A stretch of 63,577 bases of DNA from a virus (taxonomy: Duplodnaviria; Caudoviricetes), in IMG/VR virus record IMGVR_UViG_3300033183_000158, positions 1 to 63,577 of that record; one strand, 5' to 3'. This document shows, piece after piece, positions 26,014 to 34,231 of this stretch; position 1 is the stretch's first letter; each line of letters opens with the position of its first letter. Made by a program: the position numbers and the translations under genes. Below the pieces are notes generated by a model. It saw nothing but the letters and a program-made list of their open reading frames with translations. It ran no database searches and was not told the DNA's origin.

Positions 26014-26296
26014 AAAGCCGATGTAGGTTTAGTTTTAAACTGTGTTCTTCAGCTCTTAAATCTATGTATAGATCGTATAAGCATTTGTCAATTTCACTGT
26101 CACTAAACTTTCCCTTGAGCTTTGATTGAATCGTTTCACTTGTGTCCGAAAAGGTTATAGCGCCCTGTGCTAACAGGATCACTAGTTCCATCTGTAGGTA
26201 TTTCTCTCTGTGAGAGGTGCTTTTTGATTTCTTCGATGCTGTTGACATGAATAATGTTTGTAGATTTTTTCTGTCTCGCACGTAGCCAACGTTCAT
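26006..26296 (-). CDS. Hypothetical protein (true start probably MELVILL)
   Basis: Fills the gap; its 5' part overlaps the helicase gene. Confidence 0.45.
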   Translation of the reverse strand: MNVGYVRDRKNLQTLFMSTASKKSKSTSHREKYLQMELVILLAQGAITFSDTSETIQSKLKGKFSDSEIDKCLYDLYIDLRAEEHSLKLNLHRLYD

Positions 26297-27416
26297 CTTG
26301 AGTATCTTTTATGTACACATTAATAATTACTGCAGTCTTACCCTCTTGGTAACGAATCGCACGACCTGTGCGCTGTAGATCCTGTCGTGTAGATGAATTG
26401 CCTGAGCTAATAATAGCAAGGTCAATACCTTTCACGTCAAAGCCTTCGTCAAGAGCACGTGCTGTGTGTATCACATGCACATCGCTTTTGTCGTCGTTAA
26501 AGAGTTCAAGATTGCGGGTCTTAATACCTTTCGGCATCTTAGAGTGGTAGTCTACAGAATACTGAGGCATTGCTGCGTTCAGTTCTTTTGCAAAGTCCAC
26601 TCCCTCAGAGAATGTGATAGCTTTCTTATCACTAAACTCTTCGAGAATATCCAAGACCACTTGTTTCTTGGATGGTGCAAAGTACAAAAAGTTCTTACGT
26701 TTTTGCATGTTGCGATTGAAATTAATTGCGTACATAAACAGCTCGTCTGGATCTCTACGAACCGAACGAGCATAGCTTTCTCTATAAGATTTGTTGGACA
26801 AACAGGACATCGCAGTGTTAAAGTCATGGTTGAACTGAGCAAAGTTGAAATGGAAGTCTTTGTTTAACTTCTCATATGCTTGTTTATCTTCTTTACTCAT
26901 CTCTATACCAAGATTAAACACCTTGAAGTTAGATACATAGCCGTTCTCTAACGCTTCTACAATATCTACTGTGTCTATGACAGGGCAGTAGGTACGTACC
27001 AGCGCATCACGATCATCACGACGATCAAGAGTTGCAGTCAAGCCAAGAATAAACTTGTACTTGGTGCGCTCAAAGATCTTAATGAATTCGTTTGAGGCGT
27101 AGTTATGTATCTCATCTAGTACAAGCAGATCATAGGAGCGATCCGCTTTGATTGCAGTATTAACAACAAGAACACTAACATTTTGCAAGTCCATACTTTC
27201 TATCTGTCCTTCCCACTGGGACTTCAGATACTGTGTAGGTACCACAACCAAGGTGGTACGCTCTGGACGACGCTCGTTCATCTTCTTGATGCATATTAAT
27301 GCAACGAATGTCTTACCGAAACCAGTCGTAGCCTGTAGTGTGCCTCGACCTTTATTCTTCAACCATTTGTCAATAACCTCGTTCTGCCTTTTAAGTTTTT
27401 TTGGGTCTATCTTCAT
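26136..27416 (-). CDS. Superfamily 2 DNA helicase
   Basis: TTGFGKT, DEIH, LTAT, LDEGFD, QRTGRAIR motifs. Confidence 0.92.
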   Translation of the reverse strand: MKIDPKKLKRQNEVIDKWLKNKGRGTLQATTGFGKTFVALICIKKMNERRPERTTLVVVPTQYLKSQWEGQIESMDLQNVSVLVVNTAIKADRSYDLLVLDEIHNYASNEFIKIFERTKYKFILGLTATLDRRDDRDALVRTYCPVIDTVDIVEALENGYVSNFKVFNLGIEMSKEDKQAYEKLNKDFHFNFAQFNHDFNTAMSCLSNKSYRESYARSVRRDPDELFMYAINFNRNMQKRKNFLYFAPSKKQVVLDILEEFSDKKAITFSEGVDFAKELNAAMPQYSVDYHSKMPKGIKTRNLELFNDDKSDVHVIHTARALDEGFDVKGIDLAIISSGNSSTRQDLQRTGRAIRYQEGKTAVIINVYIKDTQDERWLRARQKKSTNIIHVNSIEEIKKHLSQREIPTDGTSDPVSTGRYNLFGHK

Positions 27417-27759
27417 CCCGTACTAATGTCTTTAAAGCAGCATCGTATCGAAAACGATAGATGGTTCTATAGTCTTCACGAGATTTCCTTGGTAACTTCA
27501 TAGTCGTTTTAGGTATAGTACTTTTAGGCAATGGTTCTGCTTCAGAATTCATACGAGATTCTATAGTAGTTTCATATATGCCTGCCGGTTCTAATACATC
27601 TATAAGCTTACGCACACGCTCAATCTCCAACAAAAGTTCTTCTTTCATTGGTATGTTTTTGTGTGCTAAGTTAAAGTCTATCAAACCTTTAAGGTAATCT
27701 TTCCAATACTGTAGCCTTTCATCAAGGCTAAGGTTACTATACTTTTTTATTTTTCCCAT
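27391..27759 (-). CDS. Hypothetical protein
   Basis: Overlaps the polA and helicase ends. Confidence 0.55.
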   Translation of the reverse strand: MGKIKKYSNLSLDERLQYWKDYLKGLIDFNLAHKNIPMKEELLLEIERVRKLIDVLEPAGIYETTIESRMNSEAEPLPKSTIPKTTMKLPRKSREDYRTIYRFRYDAALKTLVRDEDRPKKT

Positions 27760-29651
27760 GTGAGTGATAAGTTAGTATCAGACTTCAACAGTCCATTAGG
27801 AATGGTAGTCAGTGCGGCTCTCTCCATGATTGCCTTCATGTCTCTCTTCCATTGGTCTGCGTAATCTGCATGAACTATTGTATCGATCTGATCATGCACA
27901 GTCATTACAATCTTAACAGGTAACTTGTTCTTTAGAATAAACTTACGCATGATAACAAGCGCTTCTTTGGTCATGTCTGCACCTGTACCCTGGATGGGTG
28001 TGTTCTTAGATGCACGCTCAATAGAACCAAACTCTACCATATCACGCATGTACGGTTCCCAATTCGGGAACCAACGAATGCGGCGGTATGGCTTGAAGGT
28101 TCTAATGTGACCGTTCGAAGTACCATAGTTACCAAGCTTAGTCAAGAAGTTCTTGATTCTTGGGAACGCTGTAAAGTATTTCTCGATTAGTTCTTCTGCT
28201 TCTGGTAAACTAATCTGCAGAGTATCAGATAGTTTGTGTGCACTCATACCATATGCCAAACCAAAGTTAATGCTCTTGACCTGCGTACGGAGCTTACCGT
28301 GCTTAGGACAACTACACTTTGCTTTGTTCTGACTGTAGAATTTACAGTTACTATCTGCTGCGTCTGACCATCGTACATCAAATACAAGTTCAGCGCATAC
28401 ACTATGCAAATCTTGACCAGTCTCAAGTGCTTGTATCCACACAGGATCTTGCGAACCCGTGGCTATGATACATAACTCCTGAGATGAGAAGTCTGACGAA
28501 GCAAATACATACCCGTCGTCGGCAACAAATGCATTTCTGTATTTATTATCTGCAGGTATCTGTTGCATGTTCGGATCTCTTGATGATACACGACCTGTAT
28601 CCAATATCTGGTTAAAGGATGTGTGTATCTTACCGTCACTCTTTAGATATTTATCCAGGAACGAGGGACCATAAGCATTGTAGAGTTTCTCTTTCTCTTT
28701 GAAAGTAATATACTTACCAATGATCTCGTGCTTACCTTTAATTGTAGCAAGCAGTTTACCATTCACACTATCCAAGTCCTTGTCTATCTTATTGAATAGA
28801 TTAAGTACTTGTTTAGGTGAAGAGAATGAGAAGGTGCTCTTCAATGTGCTGATCCTCGATCCTTCTTCGGTGTCAAACAAAGAGAGTGTGTAGTTCTTGG
28901 GGACAAAGTCTGCAAACATAGGATCTGATAGTATCATATGATACAACTCCTCTTCCAAGACATTCAACTCTTTCAGTACTGACTCCGCAGTATCTAACCA
29001 TGTGTCCTTATCTATACCTATACCATTGTATTCTATATCAGCGAAGGCGAGAGAGGCATAGTTCTCAAGTTTGACCACTCTTTCAAGTCCGTTAACACAA
29101 ACAGATTTTTCTTGAGAACGCTTAATGTCTAACAAAATCTCAATATCTTTTGCTGCATACTCTAATTGTGATAGAGTAAACCGAACAGTCCCAACCAAAC
29201 CAATAAAAGAGTTCTGTTCAGCCTTAGACAATTGAATACCGAGGTGCCTCTCCGCCGTAGCCGATAAAGATTTGCTGAGGTTCTTCTTACCACAATGGAT
29301 AACAGCCTCAGCAAGCATAGTGTCGTAGACATTCTCTATCTGTATATCTAATGCTTTACGAATGAACTTATAGTCAAACTTCACATTATGAAATACTTTC
29401 TGAATGTTTACGTCTAATAGTATAGGAATAATAGGGGTTAAAGAAATAGTAGTACAATCAATTACAAACTGCGCATCACTATCACCTATCTGGAACAAGA
29501 GTATCTTGTCATCGATAAAGTCTAGACCTGTAGTTTCTGTATCTATTGCAAGGACTTTCTTCGAAGAGCAATAGGAAATACAATGATCTAGAGTATCGAC
29601 TATAGATATTCCTGTGAGATCTAGATAGGTGTTCTTAGTAATAAACTGCAT
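27747..29651 (-). CDS. polA: Family A DNA polymerase with 3'-5' exonuclease
   Basis: DTETTGL, HNVKFD, YAAKD exonuclease motifs; TGRVSSRDPNMQQIP, DFSSQEL, KSINFGLAYG, NTPIQG, VHDQ. Confidence 0.95.
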   Translation of the reverse strand: MQFITKNTYLDLTGISIVDTLDHCISYCSSKKVLAIDTETTGLDFIDDKILLFQIGDSDAQFVIDCTTISLTPIIPILLDVNIQKVFHNVKFDYKFIRKALDIQIENVYDTMLAEAVIHCGKKNLSKSLSATAERHLGIQLSKAEQNSFIGLVGTVRFTLSQLEYAAKDIEILLDIKRSQEKSVCVNGLERVVKLENYASLAFADIEYNGIGIDKDTWLDTAESVLKELNVLEEELYHMILSDPMFADFVPKNYTLSLFDTEEGSRISTLKSTFSFSSPKQVLNLFNKIDKDLDSVNGKLLATIKGKHEIIGKYITFKEKEKLYNAYGPSFLDKYLKSDGKIHTSFNQILDTGRVSSRDPNMQQIPADNKYRNAFVADDGYVFASSDFSSQELCIIATGSQDPVWIQALETGQDLHSVCAELVFDVRWSDAADSNCKFYSQNKAKCSCPKHGKLRTQVKSINFGLAYGMSAHKLSDTLQISLPEAEELIEKYFTAFPRIKNFLTKLGNYGTSNGHIRTFKPYRRIRWFPNWEPYMRDMVEFGSIERASKNTPIQGTGADMTKEALVIMRKFILKNKLPVKIVMTVHDQIDTIVHADYADQWKRDMKAIMERAALTTIPNGLLKSDTNLSLTWEK

Positions 29652-29668
29652 AGTAATTGGTACTGTGC

Positions 29669-29944
29669 TTACTCTTGTGCAAGCTTGTTAAGCTTATGAA
29701 CTCGAGCAGTAACTGCTGCTGCACTGCGTTCATAACCTGCTTTTGTTAGTGCTTCGCTAATATACGCAGGCTTTACCCCTAAGTTATAAAAGGATTTCAC
29801 AATGTTATCCTCATCTTCCGTCCAACGTGTACCACCTGTATAAGGTTGACGCATTGTTAACTCAGGCATTCGAACCGGAGTATCTACTACAGCTTTCACT
29901 GTCTTTACTTGCTGTGTTCTGGGTTTCTTAAACCATTTAAACAT
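29669..29944 (-). CDS. Myb/SANT-like HTH protein
   Basis: RWTEDED...ISEAL...RSAAAVTARVHKL pattern. Confidence 0.6.
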   Translation of the reverse strand: MFKWFKKPRTQQVKTVKAVVDTPVRMPELTMRQPYTGGTRWTEDEDNIVKSFYNLGVKPAYISEALTKAGYERSAAAVTARVHKLNKLAQE

Positions 29945-29958
29945 GACTATTAGTATTA

Positions 29959-30040
29959 GATAGTAAGACTACGATGACTTTGATCTTGCATTGCTCATCT
30001 CCTTGCGGACGATATCTCGTTGCTATCGTAGTTTACTATC
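29959..30040 (-). ncRNA. Intergenic long stem with GNRA-capped inner hairpin
   Basis: GATAGTAA and ACTACGAT pair with ATCGTAGT and TTACTATC (16 bp, one bulge); inner TCC-GCAA-GGA on the - strand. Confidence 0.5.
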
Positions 30041-30045
30041 GGTTA

Positions 30046-30537
30046 TTAAAATGCAGCGTCCTCTTCTACTGGGTCGAGGATAGTTTTCTGTACTGCAGTT
30101 ACACGCTCCTCTACGGGAAGCGTTGCTGACTTGTTATCGTCAAGCTTGTGACCTGCAGATTGGAACGCTGCACGAACCTGAGATTCAAAGCTAGGCTCGT
30201 TAGTCATACCCAACACAACAGTTGTGTAAGTTGATACAGGACGGTCATCGATTTCATACTCCTCTACTGAGCGAGTAACGATGGCACCAGGAACTTTCTC
30301 GCCTTCAACTGCATCATACATGTAATGCATCTTGTCGTCGAGGTAAGACTCCTCGTATCGAGTAATGCTTGACGTGCGCGCTGGCATGCGTACTAACATT
30401 ACTTCTCCTGTTGTCACATCAACAACCTCTTTGTGTTGTGGTGATTGAAATGTAACTAGCTTGTAGTTACGTCCGTTTTTATCTTGACGTTGCTCACTTA
30501 CTTTCACTACTGTCAAGAGTTCACTAGAATTTGCCAT
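30046..30537 (-). CDS. Hypothetical protein, possible second SSB-like protein
   Basis: Beta-rich look, DKNGRNYK segment, acidic-aromatic tail EEDAAF. Confidence 0.55.
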   Translation of the reverse strand: MANSSELLTVVKVSEQRQDKNGRNYKLVTFQSPQHKEVVDVTTGEVMLVRMPARTSSITRYEESYLDDKMHYMYDAVEGEKVPGAIVTRSVEEYEIDDRPVSTYTTVVLGMTNEPSFESQVRAAFQSAGHKLDDNKSATLPVEERVTAVQKTILDPVEEDAAF

Positions 30538-30647
30538 GGTTAATTTATTATTTAGGCGTTAATTAAAAGATTGGGTTGTTTTTTACGCGTACAACCCGGT
30601 GCAATACTGCACCAAAAACGCATCACATATCTCATCTTGAGATATAC

Positions 30648-30851
30648 TTACACTCTTATCTCACCCAACGTGAGCTCTGGCATATTCTCCCACAGAGTAT
30701 CGATAGCATCTTCATAACCAAGAGCATACGCTTCTTTGATATGACTGTGCCATGTCTTTGGATACATCTGTAAGAGCAGGGATAATCGGGAATCACGAGT
30801 AGTTACTTGGTATCTACCCTTCTCGATACGTTTATTCTTCTTCTGACTCAT
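30648..30851 (-). CDS. Hypothetical protein
   Basis: MSQKKNK...; the longer ORF-track start would overlap the Cys-rich ORF. Confidence 0.55.
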   Translation of the reverse strand: MSQKKNKRIEKGRYQVTTRDSRLSLLLQMYPKTWHSHIKEAYALGYEDAIDTLWENMPELTLGEIRV

Positions 30852-30987
30852 CACACTTACACGATTCTGATTCACACTCGTAACAACATTCACAAGTCCA
30901 ATCATCATCGTTGTACTCGTGACATACAGGACATCTTGCAGCCTCATCATCCTGATAATCTGCAAGTTCACGGTCGAGATAGTACAT
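30832..30987 (-). CDS. Acidic Cys-rich miniprotein (51 aa)
   Basis: MYYLDRELADYQDDEAARCPVCHEYNDDDWTCECCYECESESCKCDESEEE; TAATG coupling with the upstream gene. Confidence 0.65.
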   Translation of the reverse strand: MYYLDRELADYQDDEAARCPVCHEYNDDDWTCECCYECESESCKCDESEEE

Positions 30988-31247
30988 TAGATATGTCCAT
31001 TAACCTCTGACCAACTCATCGGGTACACTGTGACATCAGCAGCATCAAGCTTGCGTCTGTTCACAAAGTCTTGACCTTTGTCTCGTGCAGTATCATATGA
31101 ATGGAAGGCACCTACCTTTACGATAGTACCATCATCATAGTTCTGCACGATGGTCAAGAATACTACTGCGTCATCTTCATCAGGAATGTCTGCGGCAATA
31201 CTGTTGCGATTCATTTGCTCTATGAAGAGCTCTTTCATCTTTCCCAT
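30987..31247 (-). CDS. Hypothetical early protein
   Basis: MGKMKELFIE start; part of the operon chain. Confidence 0.65.
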   Translation of the reverse strand: MGKMKELFIEQMNRNSIAADIPDEDDAVVFLTIVQNYDDGTIVKVGAFHSYDTARDKGQDFVNRRKLDAADVTVYPMSWSEVNGHI

Positions 31248-31348
31248 CTTCTTCTTAGGTAATCAACTAATACGATAACTAACACAATACCGACACCAAT
31301 CAACTGACCGATGCCGTAGTACACTGAGTGAAGGAACAAACTACTCAT
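31235..31348 (-). CDS. Small single-pass membrane protein (37 aa)
   Basis: MSSLFLHSVYYGIGQLIGVGIVLVIVLVDYLRRRWER; overlaps both neighbours. Confidence 0.55.
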   Translation of the reverse strand: MSSLFLHSVYYGIGQLIGVGIVLVIVLVDYLRRRWER

Positions 31349-31577
31349 CTTTGAATAGCTTGTCCCACATACCAGAAGGTATGCCAGTGATTAATAACTC
31401 CCGCTGATCAGGAGTGAGGTCAGGGAAATTATCTTGGATATACCCTATACCTAGTTCGTGGTTCACTACACCAGCGTATGGTACAGTGAGTCTGTGCTTA
31501 TTGTCAAGCACATCGGTAACTTCGAGGACCACGGTCTGTGGCGCCTCTCCGTTACCAACAATTCTATAGTTGTTCAT
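31341..31577 (-). CDS. Hypothetical early protein
   Basis: IQDNFPDLTPDQRELLITGI-W segment resembles a recurrent small phage protein family. Confidence 0.65.
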   Translation of the reverse strand: MNNYRIVGNGEAPQTVVLEVTDVLDNKHRLTVPYAGVVNHELGIGYIQDNFPDLTPDQRELLITGIPSGMWDKLFKDE

Positions 31578-31581
31578 AGTA

Positions 31582-31980
31582 TTACTTAAATCTACGAGTG
31601 ATTACCCAATCGTCTTGTTCCCAAGAGATGTGGTGCTCATCATAACTGACAACAGTACGACAACCTACCTTGACTAGTTGATCATCGATGTAGGTAAGAG
31701 ACACATCACCTGTGCTTATCCACTCCCCATCGTTGAGGTAGTACCAATACACATCAGTAGAAGTGAAGACTAACTTCTCATTGTTCTGTTCGAACACAAG
31801 AGTCTCGTCTGGCTTCTCAATAATAGTCTCGTATACTTCGTACTCACCTAATAGTACAGTAGGCGAGTGGTCTTCTTTAGTACATGAACAAGTCACGACC
31901 ATGAAGAGGAGTAAGAAAGGGATTACTGCAGTACGCAGTATCCCCTTTGCAAATTCGTATGGTGTTGGATGCTGATTCAT
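31582..31980 (-). CDS. Bacteroidota-type lipoprotein (possibly lipocalin-like)
   Basis: Hydrophobic stretch followed by TCSC-TKED; beta-rich mature region. Confidence 0.6.
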   Translation of the reverse strand: MNQHPTPYEFAKGILRTAVIPFLLLFMVVTCSCTKEDHSPTVLLGEYEVYETIIEKPDETLVFEQNNEKLVFTSTDVYWYYLNDGEWISTGDVSLTYIDDQLVKVGCRTVVSYDEHHISWEQDDWVITRRFK

Positions 31981-31981
31981 A

Positions 31982-32263
31982 TTACAACAGATTTTTATTG
32001 TAATACTCACGCATCTTATCCTTACGGTCAGTGTATTCTAATGCAACGCCGATGAATGTACCGACAGTAGCAATGAATGACAACATAATTAAACCACTAT
32101 GATATAAGTGGCTGAACTCAGAGACAAACGTAGTCTCTCCTTCAAATCCAAACAGTAACGATAACACTAAGGCTAACATTGTGTGGATGCTCATCAATGT
32201 GACGAGGAACAATGCGATGAATGACAAGTAAGTCATCACGCGTGAGAAAATAAACTTCTTCAT
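31982..32263 (-). CDS. Two-helix membrane protein
   Basis: Two long hydrophobic segments. Confidence 0.65.
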   Translation of the reverse strand: MKKFIFSRVMTYLSFIALFLVTLMSIHTMLALVLSLLFGFEGETTFVSEFSHLYHSGLIMLSFIATVGTFIGVALEYTDRKDKMREYYNKNLL

Positions 32264-32318
32264 TGTTGGTGGTGTGCAGTGTTATTCTCTTGCACTCTTG
32301 AGTTTAGTTGGTAGTTAA

Positions 32319-32524
32319 TAGGAGGACTGGTTACCCTCTCTGTACCGTTTACCCGGTTGACGATGCATGTGGCTACATGCGATCTAGCTTCTCACATGCA
32401 CTAGCTAGAACGTAAGCGAAGGAAGGAGATGATCAGTCCCCTCCCTCCTAACACAACATAGTTCCAAGCAGAGCAGCGCTTGGTAATGAACCATCGTCCG
32501 ATACTAGAACTATGTTATGTGTTA
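32319..32524 (-). ncRNA. Structured intergenic RNA candidate
   Basis: 17-bp bulged stem at 32449-32524, then a multibranch element closed by TAGGAGG/CCTCCTA containing three hairpins. Confidence 0.45.
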
Positions 32525-32710
32525 AAGTTTAGTTGTAGTTTGCTCAAATCTAGAAAGACCTTCACGCTGTACAACTTCATATACTTTATCAATGGCGTCT
32601 ACAACACCAAGTATGTCTACTAACTCCACATTCTCTGGACTTAGTTTGCGTAACAACGCATTGCTCTCGGCAACGAAGTTGTATAATTCGAGATATAATT
32701 TGTCTGTCAT
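32522..32710 (-). CDS. Hypothetical early protein
   Basis: 62-aa ORF on the early strand. Confidence 0.5.
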   Translation of the reverse strand: MTDKLYLELYNFVAESNALLRKLSPENVELVDILGVVDAIDKVYEVVQREGLSRFEQTTTKL

Positions 32711-32937
32711 TGTAAATAATGATTGGTTTATACGATGTAATTACATGCACACTTTACACACATGTGCACTGGGTTAGTCTATATAAATAGTATGTTCTGT
32801 AAGTTATAGGCTAACGAAAAGAGGCAATTCACTGGGCATATAGCCTGGTCAACGCTCATGCGTTCTTCTGTACCTCCACTATTAGACGGGGTATGGTGTA
32901 AGGTTTAGACGCAGTATGATGTAAGGTTGAGTGTGGT

Positions 32938-32969
32938 ACAAAGCAAAGGGAACGCCCGAAGACGCTCCC
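32938..32969 (-). terminator. Terminator after the first early gene
   Basis: GGGAGCGTC-TTCG-GGCGTTCCC-TTTGCTT on the - strand. Confidence 0.75.
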
Positions 32970-32977
32970 GATTACCC

Positions 32978-33229
32978 CTAACTACGAGCAAACGTAAACC
33001 ACACGAAGGACTTACCATCCTCAGTGATACGCTCCTCAGCCTCGATGTGGAAACCATCAGGCACTGGGAACTGAGTACCCACCTCCGGTACTGGTTGACC
33101 AGCGTCGAGCAATAGGTTGCCCGAACCATCGGCTGAAACAAACGGCGTGCCCTCAATCGGAGTTGACAATGAGCACAACGCAGACTTTTCGCTTTTAGAC
33201 AGAGCGACTACTGTAAGAACCTGAGCCAT
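32978..33229 (-). CDS. First gene of the leftward (early) block, hypothetical
   Basis: 83-aa ORF with a UUCG leader hairpin (33245-33260) and its own terminator. Confidence 0.7.
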   Translation of the reverse strand: MAQVLTVVALSKSEKSALCSLSTPIEGTPFVSADGSGNLLLDAGQPVPEVGTQFPVPDGFHIEAEERITEDGKSFVWFTFARS

Positions 33230-33460
33230 AAGACAAAGATTTGTGAGACTCGAAAGCCTCTGGTTAATGGCACCGGGGTATCCGATGCTCCGTTATCAGT
33301 CGGGGTCGTCGGTGTAAGGTGGTGCCCGAATTCACACCCCTGTCTAATTTTTTTTGGAAAATTTTTTAGCTGTATGTAGGCTTACGCCCTAGCACCAGAG
33401 TGCGTATAGAGGAGAAAAAGGAGATAAGTTGTTGAGTGTGTGGGAGATGACTAAAAAGTT

Positions 33461-33621
33461 AGTGTACGTGGGATACACTTTAAGTGTACGTGGGGTACAC
33501 TAAGTCTGATTTTGAAAGAATGTAAGAAATTAAAACTGTAAAAGCAAAAAGAAAATGAAGTGTTTTATAGTTAGTGTATTTTTTTGTATACTTGTAGTGT
33601 ATGTGGCGTACACTTTAAGTG
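33461..33621. repeat. Three AGTGTA-N7-TACACT palindromes (origin or operator candidate)
   Basis: Copies at 33461-33479, 33483-33501 and 33596-33614; at the strand switch, upstream of the repL-like gene. Confidence 0.8.
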
Positions 33622-33790
33622 CCAAAAAGACGAACTATGTGGACTAGACAACATGTGGCATTGGGGTATAGCGCTGAGACTAAAGAAACTAGAGTGCTTA
33701 CTATCTATGTAGATGTGCAAGCAAATTATATGATTGAGATCCAGCAGGACAGTGAGGGTGAGATCATAAAGTGTGAAGTAGATGCAGTAA

Positions 33791-34228
33791 ATGAAGAAAG
33801 AGGTTAACATTACATACATCAAGGGGTGGGCTCTCTCTGACGGGATCAAGCGACCGATCCATGGGTATACCAAGGTAGGTACGTTATTTACCAAGCACTA
33901 CCACAATGCAATTTATTTATTGGCGGGATTAAACTCTAGTTCTAGGGATCTGTTAGAATTTTTGATTCAGAGGATGGACGGTAACAATGTGGTGTTGTCG
34001 AATGCTAAGATCCGTGAAGATTTTATCTTGCTTATAGAAAGGGCAACTAATGGGGACGTCACCTACACACACAATACAGTGAAGAAGGCGTTCCAGACGT
34101 TGGTCAAGAAGAAGTTGATCATACAGAGAGAGCAGCGCGGTAGTTACACAGTCAATCCGGAGTACTTTTTTAAGAAGGACGAGCGTGAGCGAATACAACA
34201 AATAAAATTAATACTAGAAAACAAGTAA
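33791..34228 (+). CDS. repL: RepL-like winged-helix replication/regulatory protein
   Basis: TVKKAFQTLVKKKLI and RGSYTVNPEYFFK signature. Confidence 0.75.
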   Translation: MKKEVNITYIKGWALSDGIKRPIHGYTKVGTLFTKHYHNAIYLLAGLNSSSRDLLEFLIQRMDGNNVVLSNAKIREDFILLIERATNGDVTYTHNTVKKAFQTLVKKKLIIQREQRGSYTVNPEYFFKKDERERIQQIKLILENK

Positions 34229-34231
34229 GCT

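Noticed and set aside
30005-32500. Shared 8-mer CGGACGAT in the two long-stem elements
   Set aside because: It is short and in opposite orientations relative to transcription, so it is compatible with chance.
32264-33345. tRNA genes or a hammerhead ribozyme in the structured non-coding region
   Set aside because: I found no T-loop GTTC(G/A)A cloverleaf and no CTGATGA...GAAA core by eye; tRNAscan-SE and Infernal are needed to exclude them fully.
33461-33621. Possible mini-CRISPR array
   Set aside because: The repeats are 19 nt with gaps of 3 and 94 nt, there are no regular spacers and no cas genes; they fit protein-binding sites better.
33619-33807. 62-aa ORF before repL
   Set aside because: Its GTG start lies at the edge of the third palindrome and no family is recognisable; it may be real from a later ATG but is unsupported.
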